Shown here in pieces: positions 35,434 to 48,000 of a stretch of DNA of 64,000 nucleotides. Below the pieces are notes generated by a model. The model was given only the letters and a program-made list of their open reading frames with translations, was not told where the DNA came from and did not search any database. This DNA comes from Yuukianura sp. NJ FZ-2021 (lineage: Eukaryota). How positions within the stretch are numbered: position 1 is the stretch's first letter; each line of letters starts with the position of its first letter. Where the stretch lies: NCBI GenBank assembly GCA_046563655.1, contig CM102285.1, positions 6,138,001 through 6,202,000 on the forward strand. The letters are read 5' to 3'. The position numbers and the translations under genes were made by a program.

Positions 35434-36768
35434 ATGCTTTCAGCGTACGAATTCGCTGTGTTGCAGAAAACCTTGGAATTTGTATCGCGCTTCAGCGGTA
35501 TACTTCAGATTTCATACAAGAACGGACGTTTGCACCGACTGGAAAATGACGACTGGATGCGGTATGTAGCCAACCACATTTCTATCTTTCTGATGACTGG
35601 CTATTTAATTTTTTGTTCCTGGGAAATGGCACATGCAAGCACCGATCGCCTCGTATTCTTGCTCATTCTAATCATGACTACCGCTGGGGCAATTGCTTTC
35701 CGGCTCTCAATGTTGATGTACAAGGACGAACTAATTTTTATTACCAACAACATCCTCTCCGTCAAGCAATTATTAGGTAAAGTAGCAACAGTTTTAAAAT
35801 AACATCAAAATGTAGATTTCGTCTATAAATCTCGGTAGTCTATAATTATACAACTGATAGGTTGGATGCTGCGGAATGAGAAAGAACCACAAAATAGAGT
35901 CCGCGGATACATGCTGGCATTTCTTGTCATTTCAATTGAATATTGCTGTGTATTTATTACAATCCTAAATTTGACAATAAATATGCCTGAGAGCTGGAGC
36001 TCCATTCTGCCGTTTGTTGTGGGACTTGTCCACTGTGACCTGGTTGCTCAGCATGACGCAGCTCTTATTTGTGCTGCTCTGATGACATCAATTCTAACCT
36101 CAGCGTTTTGGCTAAAGAAATGTTGGTAAGTATTGAATTCCGAACCGGGTTATTAAATACATTTATACATTTTTATACATTTATGCAAATTTGGTCGTCT
36201 TTGTAAAACGTTATATTTTAAGTTTTTGAATGTTTTTATTTGTATATCCAGTCACAATTCAACAGAAATACATTCGGGTAACACTGATGATTGTGCATTA
36301 TCCCTTCAGTTACGCTGTTATACATACCGTTGCATGAGTATTTGGAATACCGTACACAACATAGGATTCGGAACACTATTCCTGCCTGCAATAAAACTGG
36401 TAGTAGTTGTGGAAGTCATTTCGTATGTGTGGTGCCTTGTGCGCCTGCGTCAATCACTCTCGACAATTGCCTTTGGTACAGCCCTGATGAACTTTATCAC
36501 GGTATCACTGGCCATCATACTTGGGGCCGTTACAATGTCAAATACATACAAAATTTCCAAACAATTTGACCATAATTTGATGCAAGATGCCACCAAAGAT
36601 AAAGATATTATAGGTGAGAAGCGGCGTGCTCTCAAGATGTACCTTAAATCATTTCCGGTGTTGAAATGTACCATCGGTGCATTTTACCACATGGAAGAAA
36701 AAGCAAAGTTGACACTGTTCGACAGTATTGTGCAAAACATAGTATCTTCACTCATCACATTTAACTAA
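35434..36768 (+). CDS. 7TM chemoreceptor-like (GR/OR-superfamily-like) protein, 3 exons, 374 aa
   Basis: Exons 35434-35776, 35861-36125, 36252-36768 join in frame (1125 nt) with GT-AG introns; many hydrophobic segments; C-terminus KSFPVLKCTIGAFYHMEEKAKLTLFDSIVQNIVSSLITF. Confidence 0.7.
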
Positions 36769-37244
36769 TGTGTTGTAAGGAAGTCAACAACCTTTAATTT
36801 TCTCATGTTAGATTTCTTTTGTCTTTGAACTTTGCAAATTGTAAAGTTAGTCTAAAAATAGAGTCATTGTCATTTTCTAAGAACAACGTAATCCTCACAT
36901 TGTTAGCATATTCATTTACGCTGGAGTTACTCGTAACTCCTGACTTCCGCCTCACTGGGCCCTATAAAAGGACCCACCCACCTTTACAAATCATCATTCG
37001 TTTTTCATTCTTTAAAAATACTAAAACTCTGCCAGTCGTGTGACTGACAGAGTTCATTAACCTTTTTGAACTTTGAAAAATAAAAGTTAACCTCATTGCA
37101 ACTTGCAATCTCAAATCGTGTTTTGGAAAGTCGTTCATTTTAAAAATAGAATAACGTTCTTTTCACTACAGTGTGTAACTTAAACGATCTTTTACTTTAT
37201 ATATTGAAACTCTTATGCACCTCGCTGTGGTAAATTGTAACACA

Positions 37245-37325
37245 TTTTAGTCTTCTGGAGATGCACGTCTACGACGTGCTGAAGAAGACTATTGATACGA
37301 CTTTGTCTGTCTGTCTGTAACGTTT
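37245..37325 (+). mobile_element. DINE-1/Helentron-like 5' end
   Basis: T-run, nested inverted repeats TAGTCTTCT..GCACGTC/GACGTGC..AGAAGACTA, then (GTCT)n microsatellite. Confidence 0.45.
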
Positions 37326-37653
37326 TTTTAGCACCCTTTGCGCTGAAACATAAGCCCCATCGCAGTCGGTGGGTTATCTATGACTCAAGTTTTTTAATTA
37401 GCTCTACATTGCACTCAAACTCGCACATTAACAACGTAGAAGTGGGCGGCTACTTTACGTACCCGCAGTATCGTGGCTTGGCGAAGCAGTTTTGCTTTTG
37501 ATTGCACTCAAAATACTTTTAAACAACGAATTTTTGATCATGTCATTTTCTGATAGTATGTTTAATTACGTTGTTAAGTTAAGACTTATCAAAGTGTGGA
37601 AAATACGGCTTAAATGTTTAGGTTAGGTATTGTACTATTAGGTATTGGTACTA

Positions 37654-39001
37654 GGGTAGGTGGGGGTAACTGTGGTACGGGGTAACTTGCGATAGTCGGC
37701 TATAACTTTGTTACTGTAACGATTTAAGAAAATCTAAAAATTAGCTTGGATAGCTGGGGCTAAGTACTTCATGGTGGGTAAAGGAGGGAGATAATTAAGT
37801 CACATTTTCTTACTGAAATCTTAGACCAACTTACAACTCTTCATCCAAATTCTGCTTGCAGATTTTACAATTCAGTTTGCAAGGTGTAAGATACGATCTA
37901 AACAGTGACTATTATCTCAACCGACATCACCATTGTGGTAAGTGTTGCAATATGATTAGTTTTTAATTTTAGGTAGTTTCGTTAATTAGTTAAACTGATT
38001 ACCACAATTTAACCACAAATTCACGAAAGTGGGGGCAACTGTGGTTTTAACTAAAGAATAGGAGACTGACGCATAATATATTTTAGATGGTGCGAAAATA
38101 CGTTCGCAAAACGGACAAACGTCAATGGGACAGTGTACTCATACACAAAGCGGAAATGCTAAAAACGATGAGTCGGTTTTCAGAAAAAAGAATTCCAGAA
38201 ATGCGGGAATTATAATTCCAAGCTGGAATTTCCAGTCAATCGGGCTACAGTTGATGAATCAAACTTTGATCCTACAAAACTTGAGCGTTACAAACGAACT
38301 GAACTGAACGGCACTGAAATTCCCGAGTTGGTCACAACACCGATTGTAGCTATCGCTACAAATTCTGTTATCCCTCCTGCTGAAAACATTTCTTCGGATT
38401 TTGCAAAGATTCTTCTGAAAACTGTTTCTCCTCAAATCGCTAACGTCACCACTGTGAAGAAAAGACGAATTGATAATGCAGAGATCATTAGAAAGGAGTC
38501 ATACCTCACGAAAGTAGAGGAAGAAAAACTGATCACAAAATCCAAGAAGATTTCTACTCCAAAAGTGACAAAAGCTAGACCTTCAAAAGAAACCAAACCA
38601 CCACGTGAAAAACAATCGGTCAAAACATGGGATAAGCGATGTCTTTTCTAAATTTAACTGATTTGTGTGTAGCTCACACGCCCCTGTCACTTAATCGTCG
38701 ACTTTGGATCAATTAAATTTCTTATCCGTAAGCAAAATACGACCTACCACAGTTTCCCGCAGAATTACCACAATTACCCCATTTTTGCGGGTAACTGTGA
38801 TAGGTTATTTTGAAAATTTGAAAATTATTTAAAATTACTTAAGCAGTGAAATTTTTAAAACGTAGGTGGTGGAATTAACTTAGAACAGTATGTGCTTGGC
38901 AAGCGTGGTCTTTAGTTAATTTGTAGTGCTATAAGTTGGGACATTTAAGAGGCAAAAGTCGAAACCGTGAAAAAAACTACCACAGTTACCCCCACCTACC
39001 C
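37654..39001 (+). mobile_element. Internally deleted pogo/Tigger-like (Tc1/mariner superfamily) DNA transposon
   Basis: 24-bp perfect TIRs GGGTAGGTGGGGGTAACTGTGGTA with TA on both sides; transposase-like start MVRKYVRKTDKRQW at 38087; basic C-terminal remnant 38328-38651; no DDE core. Confidence 0.8.
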
Positions 39002-39009
39002 TATACCAT

Positions 39010-42000
39010 ACGTAGCCTGCAAACGTCGTTGAAAAAATAGCACCCACAAGAAGTAGACAATTTATCCCCCCCCCCATCTAGGGAACGTGAGTAGAGTGCA
39101 TCAGCGAGCCGCTGTGATAACATATCCCATAGTCGTTGTACGATCAGCGTCAACTTGAGGAACGTGCGTTTGAAACACATACTTGGACTGTTTGCACTCA
39201 AAATTTTTTATCGGAGCTGTGGAAACGTAGCCTGCAAATGTCGTTGGAAAAATGGCACCCACAAGATGTAGACAATTTATCCCTCACCACATCTAGAGAA
39301 CGAGAGTAGAGTGCCTCAGCGAGCCGCTGTGGTAACATATCCCATAGTGGTTGTACGATCAGCATAAACTTGAGGAACGTGCGTTTGAAACACATACTTG
39401 GACTGTTTGCACTAAAAATATTTTATCGGAGCTATGGAAACGTAGCCTGCAAATGTGGTTGGAAAAATAGCTCCCACAAGATGTAGACAATTTATCCCCC
39501 ACCCCACCGTCCAGAGAACGAAAGTAGAGTGCATCAGCGAGCCGCTGTGGTAACATATCCCATAGTCGTTGTACGATCAGCGTCAACTTGAGGAACGTGC
39601 GTTTGAAACACATACTTGGACTGTTTGCACTCAAAATTTTTTATCGGAGCTGTGGAAACGTAGCCTGCAAACGTCGTTGAAAAAATAGCACACACAAGAA
39701 GTAGACAATTTATCCCCCCCCCATCCAGGGAACGTGAGTAGAGTGCATCAGCGAGCCGCTGTAGTAACATATCCCATAGTCGTTGTACGATAAGCGTCAA
39801 CTTGAGGAACGTGCGTTTGAAACACATACTTGGACTGTTTGCACTAAAAATATTTTATCGGAGCTATGGAAACGTAGCCTGCAAATGTGGTTGGAAAAAT
39901 AGCTCCCACAAGATGTAGACAATTTATCCCCCACCCCACCGTCCAGAGAACGAAAGTAGAGTGCATCAGCGAGCCGCTGTGGTAACATATCCCATAGTCG
40001 TTGTACGATCAGCGTCAACTTGAGGAACGTGCGTTTGAAACACATACTTGGACTGTTTGCACTCAAAATTTTTTATCGGAGCTGTGGAAACGTAGCCTGC
40101 AAATGTCGTTGGAAAAATAGCACCCACAAGAAGTAGACAATTTATCCCCCCCCCCCCATCCAGGGAACGAGAGTAGAGTGCATCAGCGCACTGCTGTGAT
40201 AACATATCCCATTGTCGTTCTACGATCAGCGTCAATTTGAGGAACGTGCGTTTGAAACACATACTTGGACTGTTTGCACTCAAAATTTTTTATCCGAGCT
40301 GTGGAAACGTAGCATGCAAACGTCGTTGAAAAAATAGCACACACAAGAAGTAGACAATTTATCCCCCCCCCCATCCAGGGAACGTGAGTAGAGTGCATCA
40401 GCGAGCCGCTGTAGTAGCATATCCCATAGTCGTTGTACGATCAGCGTCAACTTGAGGAACGTGCGTTTGAAACACATACTTGGACTGTTTGCACTCAAAA
40501 TTTTTTATCGGAGCTGTGGAAACGTAGCCTGCAAATGTCGTTGGAAAAATAGCACCCACAAGAAGTAGACAATTTATTCCCCCCTCCCCTCCCCATCCAG
40601 GGAACGTGAGTAGAGTGCATTAGCGAGCCGCTGTGGTAACATATCCCATAGTGGTTGTACGATCAGCATAAACTTGAGGGACGTGCGTTTGAAACACATA
40701 CTTGGACTGTTTGCACTAAAAATATTTTATCGGAGCTATGGAAACGTAGCCTGCAAATGTGGTTGGAAAAATAGCTCCCACAAGATGTAGACAATTTATC
40801 CCCCACCCCACCGTCCAGAGAACGAAAGTAGAGTGCCTCAGCGAGCCGCTGTGGTAACATATCCCATAGTGGTTGTACGATCAGCGTCAACTTGAGGAAC
40901 GTGCGTTTGAAACACATAATTGGACTGTTTGCACTCAAAATATTTTATCGGAGCTGTGGAAACGTAGCCTGCAAATGTCGTTGGAAAAATAGCACCCACA
41001 AGAAGTAGACAATTTATCCCCCCCCATCCAGGGAACGAGAGTAGAGTGCATCAGCGAACTGCTGTGATAACATATCCCATTGCCGTTCTACGATCAGCGT
41101 CAACTTGAGGAACGTGCGTTTCAAACACATACTTGGACTGTTTGCACTCAAAATTTTTTATCGGAGCTGTGGAAACGTAGCCTGCAAACGTCCTTGAAAA
41201 AATAGCACCCACAAGAAGTAGACAATTTATCCCCCCCATCCAGGGAACGTGAGTAGAGTGCATTAGCGAGCCGCTGTGGTAACATATCCCATAGTGGTTG
41301 TACGATCAGCATAAACTTGAGGAACGTGCGTTTGAAACACATACTTGGACTGTTTGCACTCAAAATTTTTTATCGGAGCAGTGGAAACGTAGCCTGCAAA
41401 CGTCGTTGAAAAAATAGCACACACAAGAAGTAGACAATTTATCCCCCATCCAGGGAACGTGAGTAGAGTGCATCAGCGAGCCGCTGTAGTAACATATCCC
41501 ATAGTCGTTGTACGATAAGCGTCAACTTGAGGAACGTGCGTTTGAAACACATACTTGGACTGTTTGCACTAAAAATATTTTATCGGAGCTATGGAAACGT
41601 AGCCTGCAAATGTGGTTGGAAAAATAGCTCCCACAAGATGTAGACAATTTATCCCCCACCCCACCGTCCAGAGAACGAAAGTAGAGTGCATCAGCGAGCC
41701 GCTGTGGTAACATATCCCATAGTCGTTGTACGATCAGCGTCAACTTGAGGAACGTGCGTTTGAAACACATACTTGGACTGTTTGCACTCAAAATTTTTTA
41801 TCGGAGCTGTGGAAACGTAGCCTGCAAATGTCGTTGGAAAAATAGCACCCACAAGAAGTAGACAATTTATCCCCCCTCCCCCCCATCCAGGGAACGAGAG
41901 TAGAGTGCATCAGCGCACTGCTGTGATAACATATCCCATTGTCGTTCTACGATCAGCGTCAATTTGAGGAACGTGCGTTTGAAACACATACTTGGACTGT

Positions 42001-45000
42001 TTGCACTCAAAATTTTTTATCCGAGCTGTGGAAACGTAGCATGCAAACGTCGTTGAAAAAATAGCACACACAAGAAGTAGACAATTTATCCCCCCCCCAT
42101 CCAGGGAACGTGAGTAGAGTGCATCAGCGAGCCGCTGTAGTAACATATCCCATAGTCGTTGTACGATCAGCGTCAACTTGAGGAACGTGCGTTTGAAACA
42201 CATACTTGGACTGTTTGCACTCAAAATTTTTTATCGGAGCTGTGGAAACGTAGCCTGCAAATGTCGTTGGAAAAATAGCACCCACAAGAAGTAGACAATT
42301 TATTCCCCCCTCCCCCTCCCCATCCAGGGAACGTGAGTAGAGTGCATTAGCGAGCCGCTGTGGTAACATATCCCATAGTGGTTGTACGATCAGCATAAAC
42401 TTGAGGGACGTGCGTTTGAAACACATACTTGGACTGTTTGCACTAAAAATATTTTATCGGAGCTATGGAAACGTAGCCTGCAAATGTGGTTGGAAAAATA
42501 GCTCCCACAAGATGTAGACAATTTATCCCCCACCCCACCGTCCAGAGAACGAAAGTAGAGTGCCTCAGCGAGCCGCTGTGGTAACATATCCCATAGTGGT
42601 TGTACGATCAGCGTCAACTTGAGGAACGTGCGTTTGAAACACATAATTGGACTGTTTGCACTCAAAATATTTTATCGGAGCTGTGGAAACGTAGCCTGCA
42701 AATGTCGTTGGAAAAATAGCACCCACAAGAAGTAGACAATTTATCCCCCCCCATCCAGGGAACGAGAGTAGAGTGCATCAGCGAACTGCTGTGATAACAT
42801 ATCCCATTGCCGTTCTACGATCAGCGTCAACTTGAGGAACGTGCGTTTCAAACACATACTTGGACTGTTTGCACTCAAAATTTTTTATCGGAGCTGTGGA
42901 AACGTAGCCTGCAAACGTCCTTGAAAAAATAGCACCCACAAGAAGTAGACAATTTATCCCCCCCATCCAGGGAACGTGAGTAGAGTGCATTAGCGAGCCG
43001 CTGTGGTAACATATCCCATAGTGGTTGTACGATCAGCATAAACTTGAGGAACGTGCGTTTGAAATACATACTTGGACTGTTTGCACTAAAAATATTTTAT
43101 CGGAGCTATGGAAACGTAGCCTGCAAATGTGGTTGGAAAAATAGCGCCCACAAGAAGTAGACAATTTTATCCCCCCCTCCCCTTATCCAGAGAACGAGAG
43201 TAGAGTGCATCAGCGAGCCGCTGTGGTAACATATCCCATAGTCATTGTACGATCAGCGTCAACTTGAGGAACGTGCGTTTGAAACACATACTTGGACTGT
43301 TTGCACTCAAAATTTTTTATCGGAGCTGTGGAAACGTAGCCTGCAAATGTCGTTGGAAAAATAGCACCCACAAGAAGTAGACAATTTATCCCCCCCCCCA
43401 TCCAGGGAACGAGAGTAGAGTGCATCAGCGAACTGCTGTGATAACATATCCCATTGCCGTTCTACGATCAGCGTCAACTTGAGGAACGTGCGTTTGAAAC
43501 ACATACTTGGACTGTTTGCACTCAAAATTTTTTATCGGAGCTGTGGAAGCGTAGCCTGCAAACGTCCTTGAAAAAATAGCACCCACAAGAAGTAGACAAT
43601 TTATCCCCCCACCCCCATCCAGAGAACGAGAGTAGAGTGCATCAGCGAGCCGCTGTGGTAGCAATCACATAGTCGTTGTACGATCAGCGTCAACTTGAGG
43701 AACGTGCGTTTGAAACACATACTTGGACTGTTTGCCCTCAAAATTTTTTATCGGAGCTGCGGAAACGTAGCCTGCAAATGTCGTTGAAAAATAGCACCCA
43801 CAAGAAGTAGACAATTTATCCCCCCCACCGTCCAGAGAACGAGAGTAGAGTGCCTCAGCGAGCCGCTGTGGTAACATATCCCATAGTCGTTGTACGATCA
43901 GCGTCAACTTGAGGAACGTGCGTTTGAAACACATACTTGGACTGTTTGCACTCAAAATTTTTTATCGGAGCTGTGGAAACGTAGCCTGCAAATGTCGTTG
44001 GAAAAATAGCACCCACAAGAAGTAGACAATTTATCCCCCCCATCCAGGGAACGAGAGTAGAGTGCATCAGCGAACTGCTGTGATAACATATCCCATTGCC
44101 GTTCTACGATCAGCGTCAACTTGAGGAACGTGCGTTTGAAACACATACTTGGACTGTTTGCACTAAAAATATTTTATCGGAGCTATGGAAACGTAGCCTG
44201 CAAATGTGGTTGGGAAAATAGCTCCCACAAGATGTAGACAATTTATCCCCCACCCCACCGTCCAGAGAACGAAAGTAGAGTGCCTCAGCGAGCCGCTGTG
44301 GTAACATATCCCATAGTGGTTGTACGATCAGCGTCAACTTGAGGAACGTGCGTTTGAAACACATAATTGGACTGTTTGCACTCAAAATATTTTATCGGAG
44401 CTGTGGAAACGTAGCCTGCAAATGTCGTTGGAAAAATAGCACCCACAAGAAGTAGACAATTTATCCCCCCCCCCCATCCAGGGAACGAGAGTAGAGTGCA
44501 TCAGCGAACTGCTGTGATAACATATCCCATTGCCGTTCTACGATCAGCGTCAACTTGAGGAACGTGCGTTTCAAACACATACTTGGACTGTTTGCACTCA
44601 AAATTTTTTATCGGAGCTGTGGAAACGTAGCCTGCAAATGTGGTTGGAAAAATAGCGCCCACAAGAAGTAGACAATTTTATCCCCCCCTCCCCTTATCCA
44701 GAGAACGAGAGTAGAGTGCATCAGCGAGCCGCTGTGGTAACATATCCCATAGTCATTGTACGATCAGCGTCAACTTGAGGAACGTGCGTTTGAAACACAT
44801 GCTTGGACTGTTTGCACTCAAAATTTTTTATCGGAGCTGTGGAAACGTAGCCTGCAAACGTCCTTGAAAAAATAGCACCCACAAAAAGTAGACAATTTAT
44901 CCCCCCCCCCCATCCAGGGAACGTGAGTAGAGTGCATTAGCGAGCGGCTGTGGTAACATATCCCATAGTGGTTGTACGATCAGCATAAACTTGAGGAACG

Positions 45001-48000
45001 TGCGTTTGAAACACATACTTGGACTGTTTGCACTAAAAATATTTTATCGGAGCTATGGAAACGTAGCCTGCAAATGTGGTTGGAAAAATAGCTCCCACAA
45101 GATGTAGACAATTTATCCCCCACCCCACCGTCCAGAGAACGAGAGTAGAGTGCCTCAGCGAGCCGCTGTGGTAACATATCCCATAGTGGTTGTACGATCA
45201 GCGTCAACTTGAGGAACGTGCGTTTGAAACACATAATTGGACTGTTTGCACTCAAAATATTTTATCGGAGCTGTGGAAACGTAGCCTGCAAATGTCGTTG
45301 GAAAAATAGCACCCACAAGAAGTAGACAATTTATCCCCCCCCATCCAGGGAACGAGAGTAGAGTGCATCAGCGAACTGCTGTGATAACATATCCCATTGC
45401 CGTTCTACGATCAGCGTCAACTTGAGGAACGTGCGTTTGAAACACATACTTGGACTGTTTGCACTCAAAATTTTTTATCGGAGCTGTGGAAACGTAGCCT
45501 GCAAATGTCGTTGGAAAAATAGCACCCACAAGAAGTAGACAATTTATCCCCCCCACCGTCCAGAGAACGAGAGTAGAGTGCCTCAGCGAGCCGCTGTGGT
45601 AACATATCCCATAGTCGTTGTACGATCAGCGTCAACTTGAGGAACGTGCGTTTGAAACACATACTTGGACTGTTTGCACTCAAAATTTTTTATCGGAGCT
45701 GTGGAAACGTAGCCTGCAAATGTCGTTGGAAAAATAGCACCCACAAGAAGTAGACAATTTATCCCCCCCATCCAGGGAACGAGAGTAGAGTGCATCAGCG
45801 AACTGCTGTGATAACATATCCCATTGCCGTTCTACGATCAGCGTCAACTTGAGGAACGTGCGTTTGAAACACATACTTGGACTGTTTGCACTCAAAATTT
45901 TTTATCGGAGCTGTGGAAGCGTAGCCTGCAAACGTCCTTGAAAAAATAGCACCCACAAGAAGTAGACAATTTATCCCCCCCCCTATCCAGAGAACGAGAG
46001 TAGAGTGCATCAGCGAGCCGCTGTGGTAGCAATCACATAGTCGTTGTACGATCAGCGTCAACTTGAGGAACGTGCGTTTGAAACACATACTTGGACTGTT
46101 TGCCCTCAAAATTGTTTATCGGAGCTGCGGAAACGTAGCCTGCAAATGTCGTTGAAAAATAGCACCCACAAGAAGTAGACAATTTATCCCCCCCACCGTC
46201 CAGAGAACGAGAGTAGAGTGCCTCAGCGAGCCGCTGTGGTAACATATCCCATAGTCGTTGTACGATCAGCGTCAACTTGAGGAACGTGCGTTTGAAACAC
46301 ATACTTGGACTGTTTGCACTCAAAATTTTTTATCGGAGCTGTGGAAACGTAGCCTGCAAACGTCCTTGAAAAAATAGCACCCACAAAAAGTAGACAATTT
46401 ATCCCCCCCCCCCATCCAGGGAACGTGAGTAGAGTGCATTAGCGAGCGGCTGTGGTAACATATCCCATAGTGGTTGTACGATCAGCATAAACTTGAGGAA
46501 CGTGCGTTTGAAACACATACTTGGACTGTTTGCACTAAAAATATTTTATCGGAGCTATGGAAACGTAGCCTGCAAATGTGGTTGGAAAAATAGCTCCCAC
46601 AAGATGTAGACAATTTATCCCCCACCCCACCGTCCAGAGAACGAGAGTAGAGTGCCTCAGCGAGCCGCTGTGGTAACATATCCCATAGTGGTTGTACGAT
46701 CAGCGTCAACTTGAGGAACGTGCGTTTGAAACACATAATTGGACTGTTTGCACTCAAAATATTTTATCGGAGCTGTGGAAACGTAGCCTGCAAATGTCGT
46801 TGGAAAAATAGCACCCACAAGAAGTAGACAATTTATCCCCCCCCATCCAGGGAACGAGAGTAGAGTGCATCAGCGAACTGCTGTGATAACATATCCCATT
46901 GCCGTTCTACGATCAGCGTCAACTTGAGGAACGTGCGTTTGAAACACATACTTGGACTGTTTGCACTCAAAATTTTTTATCGGAGCTGTGGAAACGTAGC
47001 CTGCAAATGTCGTTGGAAAAATAGCACCCACAAGAAGTAGACAATTTATCCCCCCCACCGTCCAGAGAACGAGAGTAGAGTGCCTCAGCGAGCCGCTGTG
47101 GTAACATATCCCATAGTCGTTGTACGATCAGCGTCAACTTGAGGAACGTGCGTTTGAAACACATACTTGGACTGTTTGCACTCAAAATTTTTTATCGGAG
47201 CTGTGGAAACGTAGCCTGCAAATGTCGTTGGAAAAATAGCACCCACAAGAAGTAGACAATTTATCCCCCCCCATCCAGGGAACGAGAGTAGAGTGCATCA
47301 GCGAACTGCTGTGATAACATATCCCATTGCCGTTCTACGATCAGCGTCAACTTGAGGAACGTGCGTTTGAAACACATACTTGGACTGTTTGCACTCAAAA
47401 TTTTTTATCGGAGCTGTGGAAGCGTAGCCTGCAAACGTCCTTGAAAAAATAGCACCCACAAGAAGTAGACAATTTATCCCCCCCCCCATCCAGAGAACGA
47501 GAGTAGAGTGCATCAGCGAGCCGCTGTGGTAGCAATCACATAGTCGTTGTACGATCAGCGTCAACTTGAGGAACGTGCGTTTGAAACACATACTTGGACT
47601 GTTTGCCCTCAAAATTTTTTATCGGAGCTGCGGAAACGTAGCCTGCAAATGTCGTTGAAAAATAGCACCCACAAGAAGTAGACAATTTATCCCCCCCACC
47701 GTCCAGAGAACGAGAGTAGAGTGCCTCAGCGAGCCGCTGTGGTAACATATCCCATAGTCGTTGTACGATCAGCGTCAACTTGAGGAACGTGCGTTTGAAA
47801 CACATACTTGGACTGTTTGCACTCAAAATTTTTTATCGGAGCTGTGGAAACGTAGCCTGCAAATGTCGTTGGAAAAATAGCACCCACAAGAAGTAGACAA
47901 TTTATCCCCCCATCCAGGGAACGAGAGTAGAGTGCATCAGCGAACTGCTGTGATAACATATCCCATTGCCGTTCTACGATCAGCGTCAACTTGAGGAACG

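Noticed and set aside
39010..39225. Hammerhead-ribozyme satellite or tRNA-derived unit
   Set aside because: The - strand has CTGATGC rather than the CTGANGA core; a T-arm-like hairpin (GTGT-TTCAAAC-GCAC) lacks the conserved G-C pair and the rest of a cloverleaf. An Infernal/Rfam scan would settle it
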